Source: Candidatus Nealsonbacteria bacterium (GTDB taxonomy: Bacteria; Patescibacteriota; Minisyncoccia; Minisyncoccales; JANBVM01). From it: 64,000 bases of DNA. Positions 23,066 through 31,751 of this stretch are shown here, in pieces. The first letter of the stretch is position 1. The number at the start of each line of letters is the position of its first letter. Below the pieces are notes generated by a model. It did not search any database. It saw only the letters and a list, made by a program, of their open reading frames with translations, and was not told where the DNA came from. The stretch lies in assembly GCA_026016225.1 (NCBI GenBank), contig CP061210.1, forward strand, positions 194,000 to 257,999, given 5' to 3'. A program made the translations under genes and the position numbers.

Positions 23066-23584
23066 TTATTTGTTTTCTTCTTTACTGATGGAAATAATTA
23101 CTATGAATCCATTTACTTTTCTCTTTATTTCACTTTCAGTTTTTATTGAAATTCTTTTTCCTAAATCCTCAATGAACTTTTTTAATTTTTCTTTTGCAAA
23201 TCCAGAGAGTCTTTTTTCTCTACCCCTTAAAATCATTTCTATTTTTACCTTATTTCCTTTCTTTAAAAATTTCTCTGCCTGAAGAATTCTTGTTTCCAAA
23301 TCGTGTGGGGATATATTAAATCTTAACCTTATTCCTTTTATTTCGATAGTTTTTTTAACCCCCTTTTCCTTTTTCTGCAAGCGGTAGAGATATTTTCCAT
23401 AATTCAATATTTTACAAACAGGTGGATCTATTTTTTCTGTAACCTGGATTAAATCTAAATTACGCTCCCTTGCCATCTGGAGCGCTTTTTCTAAATCAAT
23501 AATCCCTATCTGCTTCCCGGCATCATCAATCAATCTGACTTTTTGAGCTCTTATTCGATTGTTGATTAATGGTTTTTTTATCAA
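23066..23584 (-). CDS. infC: translation initiation factor IF-3 (non-AUG start)
   Basis: INNRIRAQKVRLIDDAGKQIGIIDLEKALQMARERNLDLIQV is a canonical IF3 N-domain. The only available start codons are TTG (23582-23584) or ATA (23579-23581). Confidence 0.9.
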   Translation of the reverse strand: MIKKPLINNRIRAQKVRLIDDAGKQIGIIDLEKALQMARERNLDLIQVTEKIDPPVCKILNYGKYLYRLQKKEKGVKKTIEIKGIRLRFNISPHDLETRILQAEKFLKKGNKVKIEMILRGREKRLSGFAKEKLKKFIEDLGKRISIKTESEIKRKVNGFIVIISISKEENK

Positions 23585-23591
23585 GTTTTTG

Positions 23592-23929
23592 TGGAGGTGG
23601 CGAGCGCGAACTCGCGTCCAAAAATTGTTTCTAAGATAATTCTACAAGCTTATTCCAATTAAAGAATAACAGAAAATTCAAATTGGACAAAACTTTTCTG
23701 TGTTTGGTCTGTTTTTTTTCGATAGTTTCTTTAGACCTTAAAAACTATCTATCTCGATATATGACACCTACCTTATTTATCGAGAATCAGTAAAGCAGAT
23801 GGCATTAAGCGTAAGCTAATGCAGGTTCTTGAAATAAGTTGGCACTTATTTTTCTCTCAAAGTTTACGAGATTTGAGAATACTCGACTTGCCTATCTTAG
23901 TTAAATTTCTGTCGAAACTTTTCACCCCC
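23592..23929 (-). ncRNA. ssrA: tmRNA (SsrA)
   Basis: 5' end GGGGGTGAAAAGTTTCGACAG. 3' end GGACGCGAGTTCGCGCTCGCCACCTCCA. The 7-bp acceptor stem includes G3:U. Tag ORF is GCC AAC TTA TTT CAA GAA CCT GCA TTA GCT TAC GCT TAA, giving ANLFQEPALAYA (plus-strand 23805-23843). CCA is not encoded. Confidence 0.85.
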
Positions 23930-24365
23930 GCAGAGTTCTCCTTATTTCTCTTTCAACTTCTCTTTTTTTAATTAACTCTCTTTTATCAAACTTTTTCTTT
24001 CCTTTAGCGATAGCAATCTCCAATTTTATTTTTCCCCTTATACTATAAACCCTTAGAGGCACAATTGTCAAACCCTTTTGTTTTGTTTTTCCAATTAAAT
24101 ACTTAATTTCAGACTTTTTAAGTAAAAGCTTTCTTGTTCTTTCAGGATTATAATCTTTAGGCGCATTTTTTGGTTGATAAGGAGGAATATTAGCTCCAAT
24201 TAAAAAAACCTCTTCATCTTTCAATACCACATAGGTCCCCTGAAGACTTATTCTTCCTGATTTTATTGATTTTACTTCCTGTCCAATCAAAGAAATGCCA
24301 GCTCTAAACCTTTCTAAGATTTCATAGTTAAAGTAAGCCTTTTTGTTTTTAGTAATCTCTTTCAT
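23922..24365 (-). CDS. smpB: SsrA-binding protein SmpB
   Basis: 147 aa. NKKAYFNYEILERFRAGISLIGQEVKSI... and the C-terminal basic tail are canonical SmpB. Confidence 0.9.
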   Translation of the reverse strand: MKEITKNKKAYFNYEILERFRAGISLIGQEVKSIKSGRISLQGTYVVLKDEEVFLIGANIPPYQPKNAPKDYNPERTRKLLLKKSEIKYLIGKTKQKGLTIVPLRVYSIRGKIKLEIAIAKGKKKFDKRELIKKREVEREIRRTLRG

Positions 24366-24404
24366 TCTTTGATTTTAGCAGAAAAATTAGATAAGCTAAA
24401 ACTA

Positions 24405-25685
24405 ATGAGAAAAAATAGCAGAATTCCAGAATTTTTCAAGTTAAAGAGAAAAGGAAAAATCAAAATTGTAAAAAATTTCGCTAATTTAACTGATAAAGAA
24501 ATTAAAATAATTGAGAAAGGATTTTTAGAGCCAGAAATAAGAGATAAAATAATAGAAAACGTTATTGGGACATTTCCTCTTCCATACGCTATTGCTGTAA
24601 ACTTTTTAATTAACCAGAAAGATTATCTTGTGCCAATGGTTATTGAAGAACCTTCTGTAGTAGCTGCCGCTTGTTATGGAGCAAGATTAACAAGAGAAAG
24701 CGGGGGAATATTTGCCAAAAGTTTAGGAAATTTGATGATAGGTCAAATTTATATAATTGATCTAAAAAATCCTCAAAGAGCTAAAAAAAAGATATTAAAA
24801 GAAAAAAAAGAAATTTTAAAAATTGCCAATAGACAAAACCCCATTTTGACAGAATTGGGAGGAGGGGCAAAGGATTTAGAAACAAAAATATTTAAAAAAA
24901 CAAAAATCGGTCCAATTCTAAGAATTCATCTATTAATTGATACTAAAGATGCCATGGGAGCTAATACGGTGGATACGATGGTTGAACAAACAGCTCCCTT
25001 TATTGAAAAAATTATAGGCGAGAAAGTTCTTTTGAAAATAGTTTCCAATTTAGCTGAAAAAAGATTGGTGGAGGTAAAGACAATAGTAACAAAAAAAGCT
25101 TTAAAAAAAGAAGGTTTTCCTCCTGAAGAAACAATTCAAAAAATTGTCAAAGCTCAAGTTTTAGCCGAAACTGATATTTACCGGGCAGTGACTAATAATA
25201 AAGGAATTTTAAACGGGATGGGAGCAGTAGCTTTGGCTACTGGAAATGACTGGCGAGCGCTTGAAGCCGGAGCTCACGGTTTTGCAGCAAAATCAGGAAA
25301 ATATAAACCTCTGGCTGTCTGGAGAAAAAATAAAGAAGGAAATTTAACTGGCAAAATGACAGTTCCCATAGCAGTTGGTATAGTAGGAGGTATAACCCAG
25401 GTTCATCCAACAGCCAGAATTTCCTTAAAGATTTTAAAAGTAAAATCAGCTCAAGAATTAGCCCAGGTAATAGCTTCTGTAGGTTTGGTTCAAAATTTGG
25501 CAGCTTTAAGAGCTTTGGTTTCAGAAGGAATTCAGTCAGGCCATATGAAATTGCATGTCAGGAACATAGCCATGGCAGTGGGAGCTAAAGGGAAAACAGT
25601 TGATAAAATAGCTAAACAGATGGTTAAAGAGAAAAAAATCAACATTGAAAGAGCTAAGGAGATTTTTGAGCAATTTAAGAAATAA
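24405..25685 (+). CDS. mvaA: hydroxymethylglutaryl-CoA reductase, class II
   Basis: EEPSVVAAACYGARL, DAMGANTVDTM and GHMKLHVRN blocks fit a class II HMGR of about 426 aa. ATG 24405 (MRKNSRIPEFFKL) is preferred. The track start TTG 24369 is only 4 nt from the smpB start. Confidence 0.8.
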   Translation: MRKNSRIPEFFKLKRKGKIKIVKNFANLTDKEIKIIEKGFLEPEIRDKIIENVIGTFPLPYAIAVNFLINQKDYLVPMVIEEPSVVAAACYGARLTRESGGIFAKSLGNLMIGQIYIIDLKNPQRAKKKILKEKKEILKIANRQNPILTELGGGAKDLETKIFKKTKIGPILRIHLLIDTKDAMGANTVDTMVEQTAPFIEKIIGEKVLLKIVSNLAEKRLVEVKTIVTKKALKKEGFPPEETIQKIVKAQVLAETDIYRAVTNNKGILNGMGAVALATGNDWRALEAGAHGFAAKSGKYKPLAVWRKNKEGNLTGKMTVPIAVGIVGGITQVHPTARISLKILKVKSAQELAQVIASVGLVQNLAALRALVSEGIQSGHMKLHVRNIAMAVGAKGKTVDKIAKQMVKEKKINIERAKEIFEQFKK

Positions 25686-25689
25686 ATTT

Positions 25690-27291
25690 ATGGTGAGAAA
25701 AAAACTAATAAATTTAATTAAGAAATCAATAAAGAATCTTCAAAAAGAGGGAGTTTTTCCAAAATTTGATATTCTTGAAATTCAAATTGAACATCCGGAA
25801 AAGAGAATTTATGGTGATTATGCAACAAGTGTTGCTTTAAAAATTGGAAAAATTTTGAAAAAAAAGCCAATGGAAACAGCAGAAAATCTTAAATCTCAAA
25901 TTCTAAATCTCAAACCTGATTTATTAAAAAAGATTGAAGCAGTTAGACCAGGATTTATTAATTTTTTTCTTTCTGATAAATATCTACAAGAACAAGTCGG
26001 TAAAATTTTAAAAGAAAAAGAAAAGTTTGGGGAATTAAAAATAGGTAGAAATAAAAAAGTTCAGGTAGAATTTATTTCTGCTAATCCAACAGGACCTTTA
26101 ACTTTAGGAAATGGTCGAGGGGGATTTTGTGGAGATGTTTTAGCAAATGTTTTGACCAAAACAGGATACAAAGTAGAACGGGAATATTATATCAATGATA
26201 TTGGAGAACAAATAAAAAAATTAGGACACTCAGTTATCGGCGACCCCGAAGGAGTATATAAAGGTAAATATATTGATAATTTAAGAGGAAAGATAAAAGG
26301 AAATAATCCGTATGAGGTTGGACAGAAAGCAGCGAAAATTATTTTAAAAGAGATGATAAAACCTTCGGTTAAAAAAATGGGAATAAAATTTGATGTCTGG
26401 TTTTCGGAGAAAAGTTTAGAGAAGAATAAAGAGATAGATAAAGCCTTAAAATTGCTAAAAAAGAAGAAATTCACTTATGAAAAAGATGGGGCTTTATGGT
26501 TTAAATCAAGTAAATTTGGCGATGATAAAGATAGGGTTTTAGTAAGGTCAAACAATGAAAAAACCTATTTTGCTTCTGATATATCTTATTTAAAAAATAA
26601 ATTTAAGAGAAAATTTAATTATATTATTTATTTTTGGGGAGCTGACCATTATGGTTATGTTAACAGAATAAAAGCAGCAGCTGAAGCTTTAGGTTATAAA
26701 AAAGAGCAGGTGAAAATTATTATCATGCAGATGGTAAAACTTTTTAAGGGAGGCAAAGAGATTAGAATGTCTAAGAGAACAGGTACTTATGTTGTTTTAG
26801 ATGAATTAATTGATGAGGTAGGATTAGATGCAGCCAGGTTTTTCTTCTTAGAGAGAAATCCAGAAAGTCATTTGAATTTTGATTTGAGTTTAGCAAAAGA
26901 ACAATCAGAGAAAAACCCGGTTTATTATATTCAATATGCTCACGCCAGAATATGTAGCATTATGAGAAAGTTAAAAGTTAAAAGTTTAAAATTAAAAATT
27001 AAAAATCAGGATTTAAAACTATTAAGTCATCCAAGCGAATTAGCTTTAATTAAGCAACTCATTCGTTTTCCAGAAATTATTGAAGACACTGCAAAAGATT
27101 ATCAAGTACAAAGGATACCCCAATATGCTGTTGAGTTAGCTTCAGTCTTTCATCGATTTTATCGAGATTGTAAGGTAATAGTGGAAGATGATGATTTAAA
27201 GAAAGCAAGAATTTCTTTGATTACAGCCACTAAGATTGTCTTGAAAAATACTTTAGATTTAATGGGAATTTCAGCGCCAGAAAAGATGTAA
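25690..27291 (+). CDS. argS: arginyl-tRNA synthetase
   Basis: Class I signatures SANPTGPLTLGNGRG (HIGH-equivalent) and MSKRTG (KMSK), plus a C-terminal DALR-type anticodon-binding domain. ATG 25690 is preferred over the overlapping track start at 25645. Confidence 0.9.
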   Translation: MVRKKLINLIKKSIKNLQKEGVFPKFDILEIQIEHPEKRIYGDYATSVALKIGKILKKKPMETAENLKSQILNLKPDLLKKIEAVRPGFINFFLSDKYLQEQVGKILKEKEKFGELKIGRNKKVQVEFISANPTGPLTLGNGRGGFCGDVLANVLTKTGYKVEREYYINDIGEQIKKLGHSVIGDPEGVYKGKYIDNLRGKIKGNNPYEVGQKAAKIILKEMIKPSVKKMGIKFDVWFSEKSLEKNKEIDKALKLLKKKKFTYEKDGALWFKSSKFGDDKDRVLVRSNNEKTYFASDISYLKNKFKRKFNYIIYFWGADHYGYVNRIKAAAEALGYKKEQVKIIIMQMVKLFKGGKEIRMSKRTGTYVVLDELIDEVGLDAARFFFLERNPESHLNFDLSLAKEQSEKNPVYYIQYAHARICSIMRKLKVKSLKLKIKNQDLKLLSHPSELALIKQLIRFPEIIEDTAKDYQVQRIPQYAVELASVFHRFYRDCKVIVEDDDLKKARISLITATKIVLKNTLDLMGISAPEKM

Positions 27292-27292
27292 C

Positions 27293-27368
27293 CCAGTAGA
27301 AGAATTTTGACAAAGTTTTCTGAAAGAAAACTTAATTTCCGCAAAGCGAGTCAAAATTTCTCTACTGG
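27293..27368 (+). terminator. long imperfect palindrome; probable argS terminator or structured element
   Basis: CCAGTAGAAGAATTTTGAC ... GTCAAAATTTCTACTGG encloses an inner hairpin AAGTTTTC-tgaaa-GAAAACTT and is followed by ATTTTATTT. Confidence 0.45.
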
Positions 27369-27413
27369 ATTTTATTTGAAAGAACTGAATTAAAATGATA
27401 TTTTAAATATATT

Positions 27414-30400
27414 ATGAAAATTAATTTTCCAAAAACAGAAAAAAGAGTTCTGAAGTTTTGGAAAAAAAACAAAATATTTGGGAAAAGTTTAAAAAAGAGA
27501 AAAAATAGGCCAAGATTTGTTTTTTATGAAGGCCCACCTTATGCCAACGGTAGACCTGGTATTCATCATCTTTTAGCTCGTGCTTTTAAAGACATTATCT
27601 GTCGTTATAAAACCATGCAGGGATTTTTTGTTGCAAGAAAGGCTGGTTGGGATACTCATGGTTTACCTACTGAAATAGAAGCTGAGAAAAAATTAGGAAT
27701 TAAGAGTAAAAAAGAAATTAAGAAATTAGGTATTGAGAAGTTTATTAAAGAATGTAAAAGAAACGTTTTTACTTATAAAAAAGAATGGGAAGAATTTACT
27801 GAAAGAATTGGATATTGGCTTGATTTAAAAAATGCCTATATTACCTGTAGTAATAATTATATTGAATCAATCTGGTGGATTTTAAAAGAAGTTTATAAAA
27901 AAGGACTTTTATACCAAGACTTTAAAGTTGTTCATTATTGTCCAAGATGTGGAACTTCTCTTTCCACTCATGAGGTAGCTCAGGGCTACAAAAAAATAAA
28001 AGAACCTTCAATTTTCATAAAACTGAGGATAAAAAATTTAGAATTTAAGGGTTCTTACCTGTTGGTCTGGACAACAACACCCTGGACATTGCCGGGTAAT
28101 GTAGCTGTTGCTGTAAATCCTAATTTTACTTATGCAAAAGTAAAGATTGGTAATGAGTACTTAATATTAGCCAAAGACAGAATTTCAGCTTCTGGCATAA
28201 AAGGGGAGATTGTAGAAGAATTTAAAGGAAAGGATTTGATTGATTTAAGATATGAGGGTCTATATCCGATAGATTATGAGACTTCAAAGAATGCCTACAG
28301 AGTAATTTTAGGAGATTTCGTTTCTTTAGAAGAAGGGACAGGATTAGTTCATTTAGCTCCTGCTTTTGGAGAAGAAGACATGGAAGTGATTAGAACTCAG
28401 AATAAAAAACATAAAACTAAAAATATTCCTGAAATTCCGATTTTGTTAACAATTAACGAAGAAGGGAGATTTAATCTTAACGTTAAAAAATGGGCCGGAA
28501 TGTATTTTAAGGATGCCGACCCTTTAATAATTGAAGACTTAAAACAAAAAAACCTTTTATTCAAAGAGGAATTATGTGAACATGATTATCCTTTTTGTTG
28601 GAGATGCAAAAACCCTTTACTTTATTATGCAAAAAAGAGCTGGTTCATTAAGATGAAGAGAGTTAAGCAGGATTTAATTAAAAACAATAAAAAAATTAAT
28701 TGGGTTCCAGCTTATTTAAAAGAAGGCAGATTCGGAGAGTGGTTGAGAGAAGTTAAAGATTGGGCACTTTCTCGGGAAAGATATTGGGGGACTCCTTTAC
28801 CTGTTTGGAAATGCAAAACCTGTCTAAATTCAGAAGTTATAGGCGGTAAACAAGACCTTTTGAAACAAAAATTTAGTACCAATAAATATCTTATTTTACG
28901 GCATGGAGAAACAATTTATGTAGAAGGACTTAAAGAAATAATTTATTCTAAATCAGATAATTCTTCGCTTGGTTTAACGAAAAAAGGAAAAAAACAAATA
29001 AACACTTTAGCTAAAAAACTCAAAAAATCCAAGATTGATTTAATTTTTTCTTCAGATTATTTAAGGACAAGAAAAACTGCAGATATTATTGCTAAAGAAC
29101 TCGGTCTTAAAGTAAATTTTGATAGAAGATTGAGAGATATAAATTTAGGGATTTATAAAGGAAAAAGAAAAGAAGAACTTTATAAAGCTTTTTTAAACAT
29201 AAAAGAAAGGTTTTACAAAAAACCAAAAAACGGAGAAGATTGGTTGAGTTGCAGGAGAAGGATGATTAGTTTCATAAAAGAAATTGATAGAAAATATCAA
29301 AATCAAACCATTTTAATTATTAGCCATGGAGACCCCTTATGGATTTTGGAAGGAACTCTTAGGGGATTATCTCAGGAAGAATTTGTTAAACAAAAAATTC
29401 AGAAAAAAACAATAAAACCAGGAGAGCTAAGAAGAATCAGATTTAATTTATTGCCTCTTAACAAAAAAGGAGAATTTGATTTTCACAGGCCTTATATTGA
29501 TGAAGTGAAGTTTTCCTGCCAAAGATGTGGGGGTTTGATGGAAAGAGTTCCTGAACTAATTGATTGTTGGTTTGATTCAGGCTCAATGCCTTTTGCCCAA
29601 TACCACTATCCTTTTGAAAATAAAAAGATTATTGACCAAAGAAAGCAGTTTCCGGCAGATTTTATTTCAGAAGGAGTGGACCAGACCAGGGGTTGGTTTT
29701 ATACTCTACTTGCAATTTCTACTTTAGTTGGGAAAGGTCCAAGTTATAAAAATGTTGTTTCTTTAGGACATATTTTAGATGAAAAGGGTGAAAAAATGTC
29801 GAAATCAAAAGGAAATGTGGTTAACCCCTGGTATATTGCTGAAAAATATGGCGTAGATGCTGTCCGTTGGTACTTTTATACTGTCAATCAGCCAGGTGAT
29901 TCAAAATTATTTTCAGAAAAAGATGTACAAGAGCGTCTAAAAAAATTTATTATGAATTTCTGGAATTGTTTTTGTTTTTTCACAACATATATTCCTGTAA
30001 ACTATTCCCCGTTCTCTAATAGAAAAAGAAGCTTACCAAAAAGCAAAAACATTTTAGATAAGTGGATTATATCTAAGTTAAACAAACTAATTTTAGATAC
30101 AACAAAATTATTAGATAAATACGATATTACAGCTGCTGCTCGTTTACTTGAAAACTTTGTCGTTAATAATCTGTCTTTATGGTACATAAGAAGGTCAAGA
30201 AAAAGATTTCAAAGACCGGAAACAAAGAGAGAGTTAAAAGAAGCTTCCCAAACTTTGGGTTTTGTGCTTTTAACTTTAACTAAATTAACAGCTCCCTTTA
30301 TTCCTTTTTTGAGTGAAGCAATTTATCAAAAGGTTCAAGATTCAAGATTCAAGATTCAAGGTTTTAAAAGTGTTCATTTAGAAGACTGGCCGAAGATAGA

Positions 30401-30923
30401 AAAGAAAAAGATTAATAAAAAATTGAATAAAAAAATGGAAGAAGTTAGAAAGATAGTAGGTTTAGCTTTAGCTGAAAGAGTAAAGGCTGGTTTGAAAGTG
30501 AAACAACCTTTACAAGAATTAAAAATTAAGAATCAAGATTTAAGGAAAGAAAAAGAATTATTAGAACTGATTAAAGAAGAAGTTAATGTTAAGAAAATCA
30601 CCTTTGGTAAAACTTTAAAATTAGATACAAAAATTAGTCCTGAGTTAAAAAAAGAAGGTATCTTAAGAGAAGTTATTAGAAATTTGCAGCAAATGAGAAA
30701 AGAAGCCAGCTGTACTCCAAAAGATATTATCCTAATTCAGTTTAAGGGAGAAGAAAAGATTACTCGATTTTTATTAAAAAATAGAGAAGAAATTATTAGA
30801 AAAACAAAAGCAAAAGATTTGATAGAAAGTAAAAAAAGAAAATTTAAAATGGAAAAAGAGCTTGATATTGAGGGAGAAAAGTTAAAGTTATCTATTAAGA
30901 AAATTAGAAGGGCAAAAGTTTAA
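27414..30923 (+). CDS. ileS: isoleucyl-tRNA synthetase (type 2) with an inserted histidine-phosphatase domain
   Basis: 1169-aa uninterrupted ORF. PPYANGRPGIHHLLAR, the editing domain (WTTTPWTLPGN), KMSKSKGN, and zinc knuckles CKTC / CQRCGG. Residues ~491-685 carry His_Phos_1-type motifs (LRHGET, SSDYLRTRKTA, ISHGD). Confidence 0.9.
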   Translation: MKINFPKTEKRVLKFWKKNKIFGKSLKKRKNRPRFVFYEGPPYANGRPGIHHLLARAFKDIICRYKTMQGFFVARKAGWDTHGLPTEIEAEKKLGIKSKKEIKKLGIEKFIKECKRNVFTYKKEWEEFTERIGYWLDLKNAYITCSNNYIESIWWILKEVYKKGLLYQDFKVVHYCPRCGTSLSTHEVAQGYKKIKEPSIFIKLRIKNLEFKGSYLLVWTTTPWTLPGNVAVAVNPNFTYAKVKIGNEYLILAKDRISASGIKGEIVEEFKGKDLIDLRYEGLYPIDYETSKNAYRVILGDFVSLEEGTGLVHLAPAFGEEDMEVIRTQNKKHKTKNIPEIPILLTINEEGRFNLNVKKWAGMYFKDADPLIIEDLKQKNLLFKEELCEHDYPFCWRCKNPLLYYAKKSWFIKMKRVKQDLIKNNKKINWVPAYLKEGRFGEWLREVKDWALSRERYWGTPLPVWKCKTCLNSEVIGGKQDLLKQKFSTNKYLILRHGETIYVEGLKEIIYSKSDNSSLGLTKKGKKQINTLAKKLKKSKIDLIFSSDYLRTRKTADIIAKELGLKVNFDRRLRDINLGIYKGKRKEELYKAFLNIKERFYKKPKNGEDWLSCRRRMISFIKEIDRKYQNQTILIISHGDPLWILEGTLRGLSQEEFVKQKIQKKTIKPGELRRIRFNLLPLNKKGEFDFHRPYIDEVKFSCQRCGGLMERVPELIDCWFDSGSMPFAQYHYPFENKKIIDQRKQFPADFISEGVDQTRGWFYTLLAISTLVGKGPSYKNVVSLGHILDEKGEKMSKSKGNVVNPWYIAEKYGVDAVRWYFYTVNQPGDSKLFSEKDVQERLKKFIMNFWNCFCFFTTYIPVNYSPFSNRKRSLPKSKNILDKWIISKLNKLILDTTKLLDKYDITAAARLLENFVVNNLSLWYIRRSRKRFQRPETKRELKEASQTLGFVLLTLTKLTAPFIPFLSEAIYQKVQDSRFKIQGFKSVHLEDWPKIEKKKINKKLNKKMEEVRKIVGLALAERVKAGLKVKQPLQELKIKNQDLRKEKELLELIKEEVNVKKITFGKTLKLDTKISPELKKEGILREVIRNLQQMRKEASCTPKDIILIQFKGEEKITRFLLKNREEIIRKTKAKDLIESKKRKFKMEKELDIEGEKLKLSIKKIRRAKV
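30334..30361. repeat. heptanucleotide microsatellite inside ileS
   Basis: TTCAAGA x3 followed by TTCAAGG, preceded by AAGGTTC. Encodes VQDSRFKIQGFK. Confidence 0.8.
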
Positions 30924-31017
30924 ACCTGAAATCTTAAAGAAGAAGAGGTAACTACTGGAGTTAGATTGCTAAAACATCGTAGAGTTAAAAAAGCAAAGAA
31001 GATAAATAGAAATTTAG

Positions 31018-31734
31018 ATGTTTGTTCATTATCGAACAAAAGGAATAATTTTAAAAAAAGTTGATCGCAAAGAAGCAGATCAATTATTTACTCTTTATAC
31101 AAAGGATTTTGGAAAATTAAAGATTTTAGGAAAAGCTATACGTAAGATTTCTTCAAAATTAAGGTCAGGGATGGAAATTTTTTATTTATCTGAGATTGAA
31201 TTTATCCAGGGTAAAGCTTATAAAACCTTAACAGACGCAATAGTGATTGAAAAATTCGAGAATTTAAGAAAAGATTTAGGAAAACTGACCGTAGCTGTTA
31301 AAATCTCAGAAGCTTTAGATAATTTGATTCTGGGCCAAGAACCGGATAAGAGAATTTGGAATTTATTATTAAGAGTTTTTAAAGAATTAGATAGGGTTGA
31401 TTTTAAAATTAAAAACTTAGAACTCATTTATTACTATTTTTTCTGGAAACTTCTTTCAATATTAGGTTATCAGCCCGAACTCTATCAATGTTCTATCTGT
31501 CAAAAAAAATTAAAACCTGAAAAACTCTATTTTAGTAAAAAAGAAGGAGGAATTATCTGCCAAAACTGTTTTTTGAAAGAAAAATCAGGCAGAGAGATTA
31601 CCCCCGATGCAGTTAAGATACTAAGAATTATACTTGATAAAAACAATCAAATTATATTTAGATTAAAGGTCAAAAGGGAACAACTTAGGTTACTCGAAAA
31701 CATCTCAAAAGAGTATTTCAGAGAAGAGAACTAA
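31018..31734 (+). CDS. recO: DNA repair protein RecO
   Basis: 238 aa. N-terminal OB-fold block (TKGIILKKVDRKEADQLFTLYTKDFGKL) and zinc motif CSICQKK...CQNC. Confidence 0.8.
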   Translation: MFVHYRTKGIILKKVDRKEADQLFTLYTKDFGKLKILGKAIRKISSKLRSGMEIFYLSEIEFIQGKAYKTLTDAIVIEKFENLRKDLGKLTVAVKISEALDNLILGQEPDKRIWNLLLRVFKELDRVDFKIKNLELIYYYFFWKLLSILGYQPELYQCSICQKKLKPEKLYFSKKEGGIICQNCFLKEKSGREITPDAVKILRIILDKNNQIIFRLKVKREQLRLLENISKEYFREEN

Positions 31735-31751
31735 TTTGATATACTAAATAT

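Noticed and set aside
23034-23282. 82-aa plus-strand ORF overlapping rpmI and infC.
   Set aside because: It is antisense to two canonical, highly conserved translation genes, and its sequence is hydrophobic low-complexity.
25890-25914. 14-nt direct repeat TAAATCTCAAA..TAAATCTCAAA inside argS.
   Set aside because: It is AT-rich low-complexity sequence with no GC-rich hairpin and no similarity to the repeat-family cores. It is probably chance or a trivial slippage duplication.
27293-27413. A T-box riboswitch upstream of ileS.
   Set aside because: The spacer is only about 120 nt and lacks the conserved T-box sequence (AGGGTGGTACCGCG-like) and a specifier-loop architecture.
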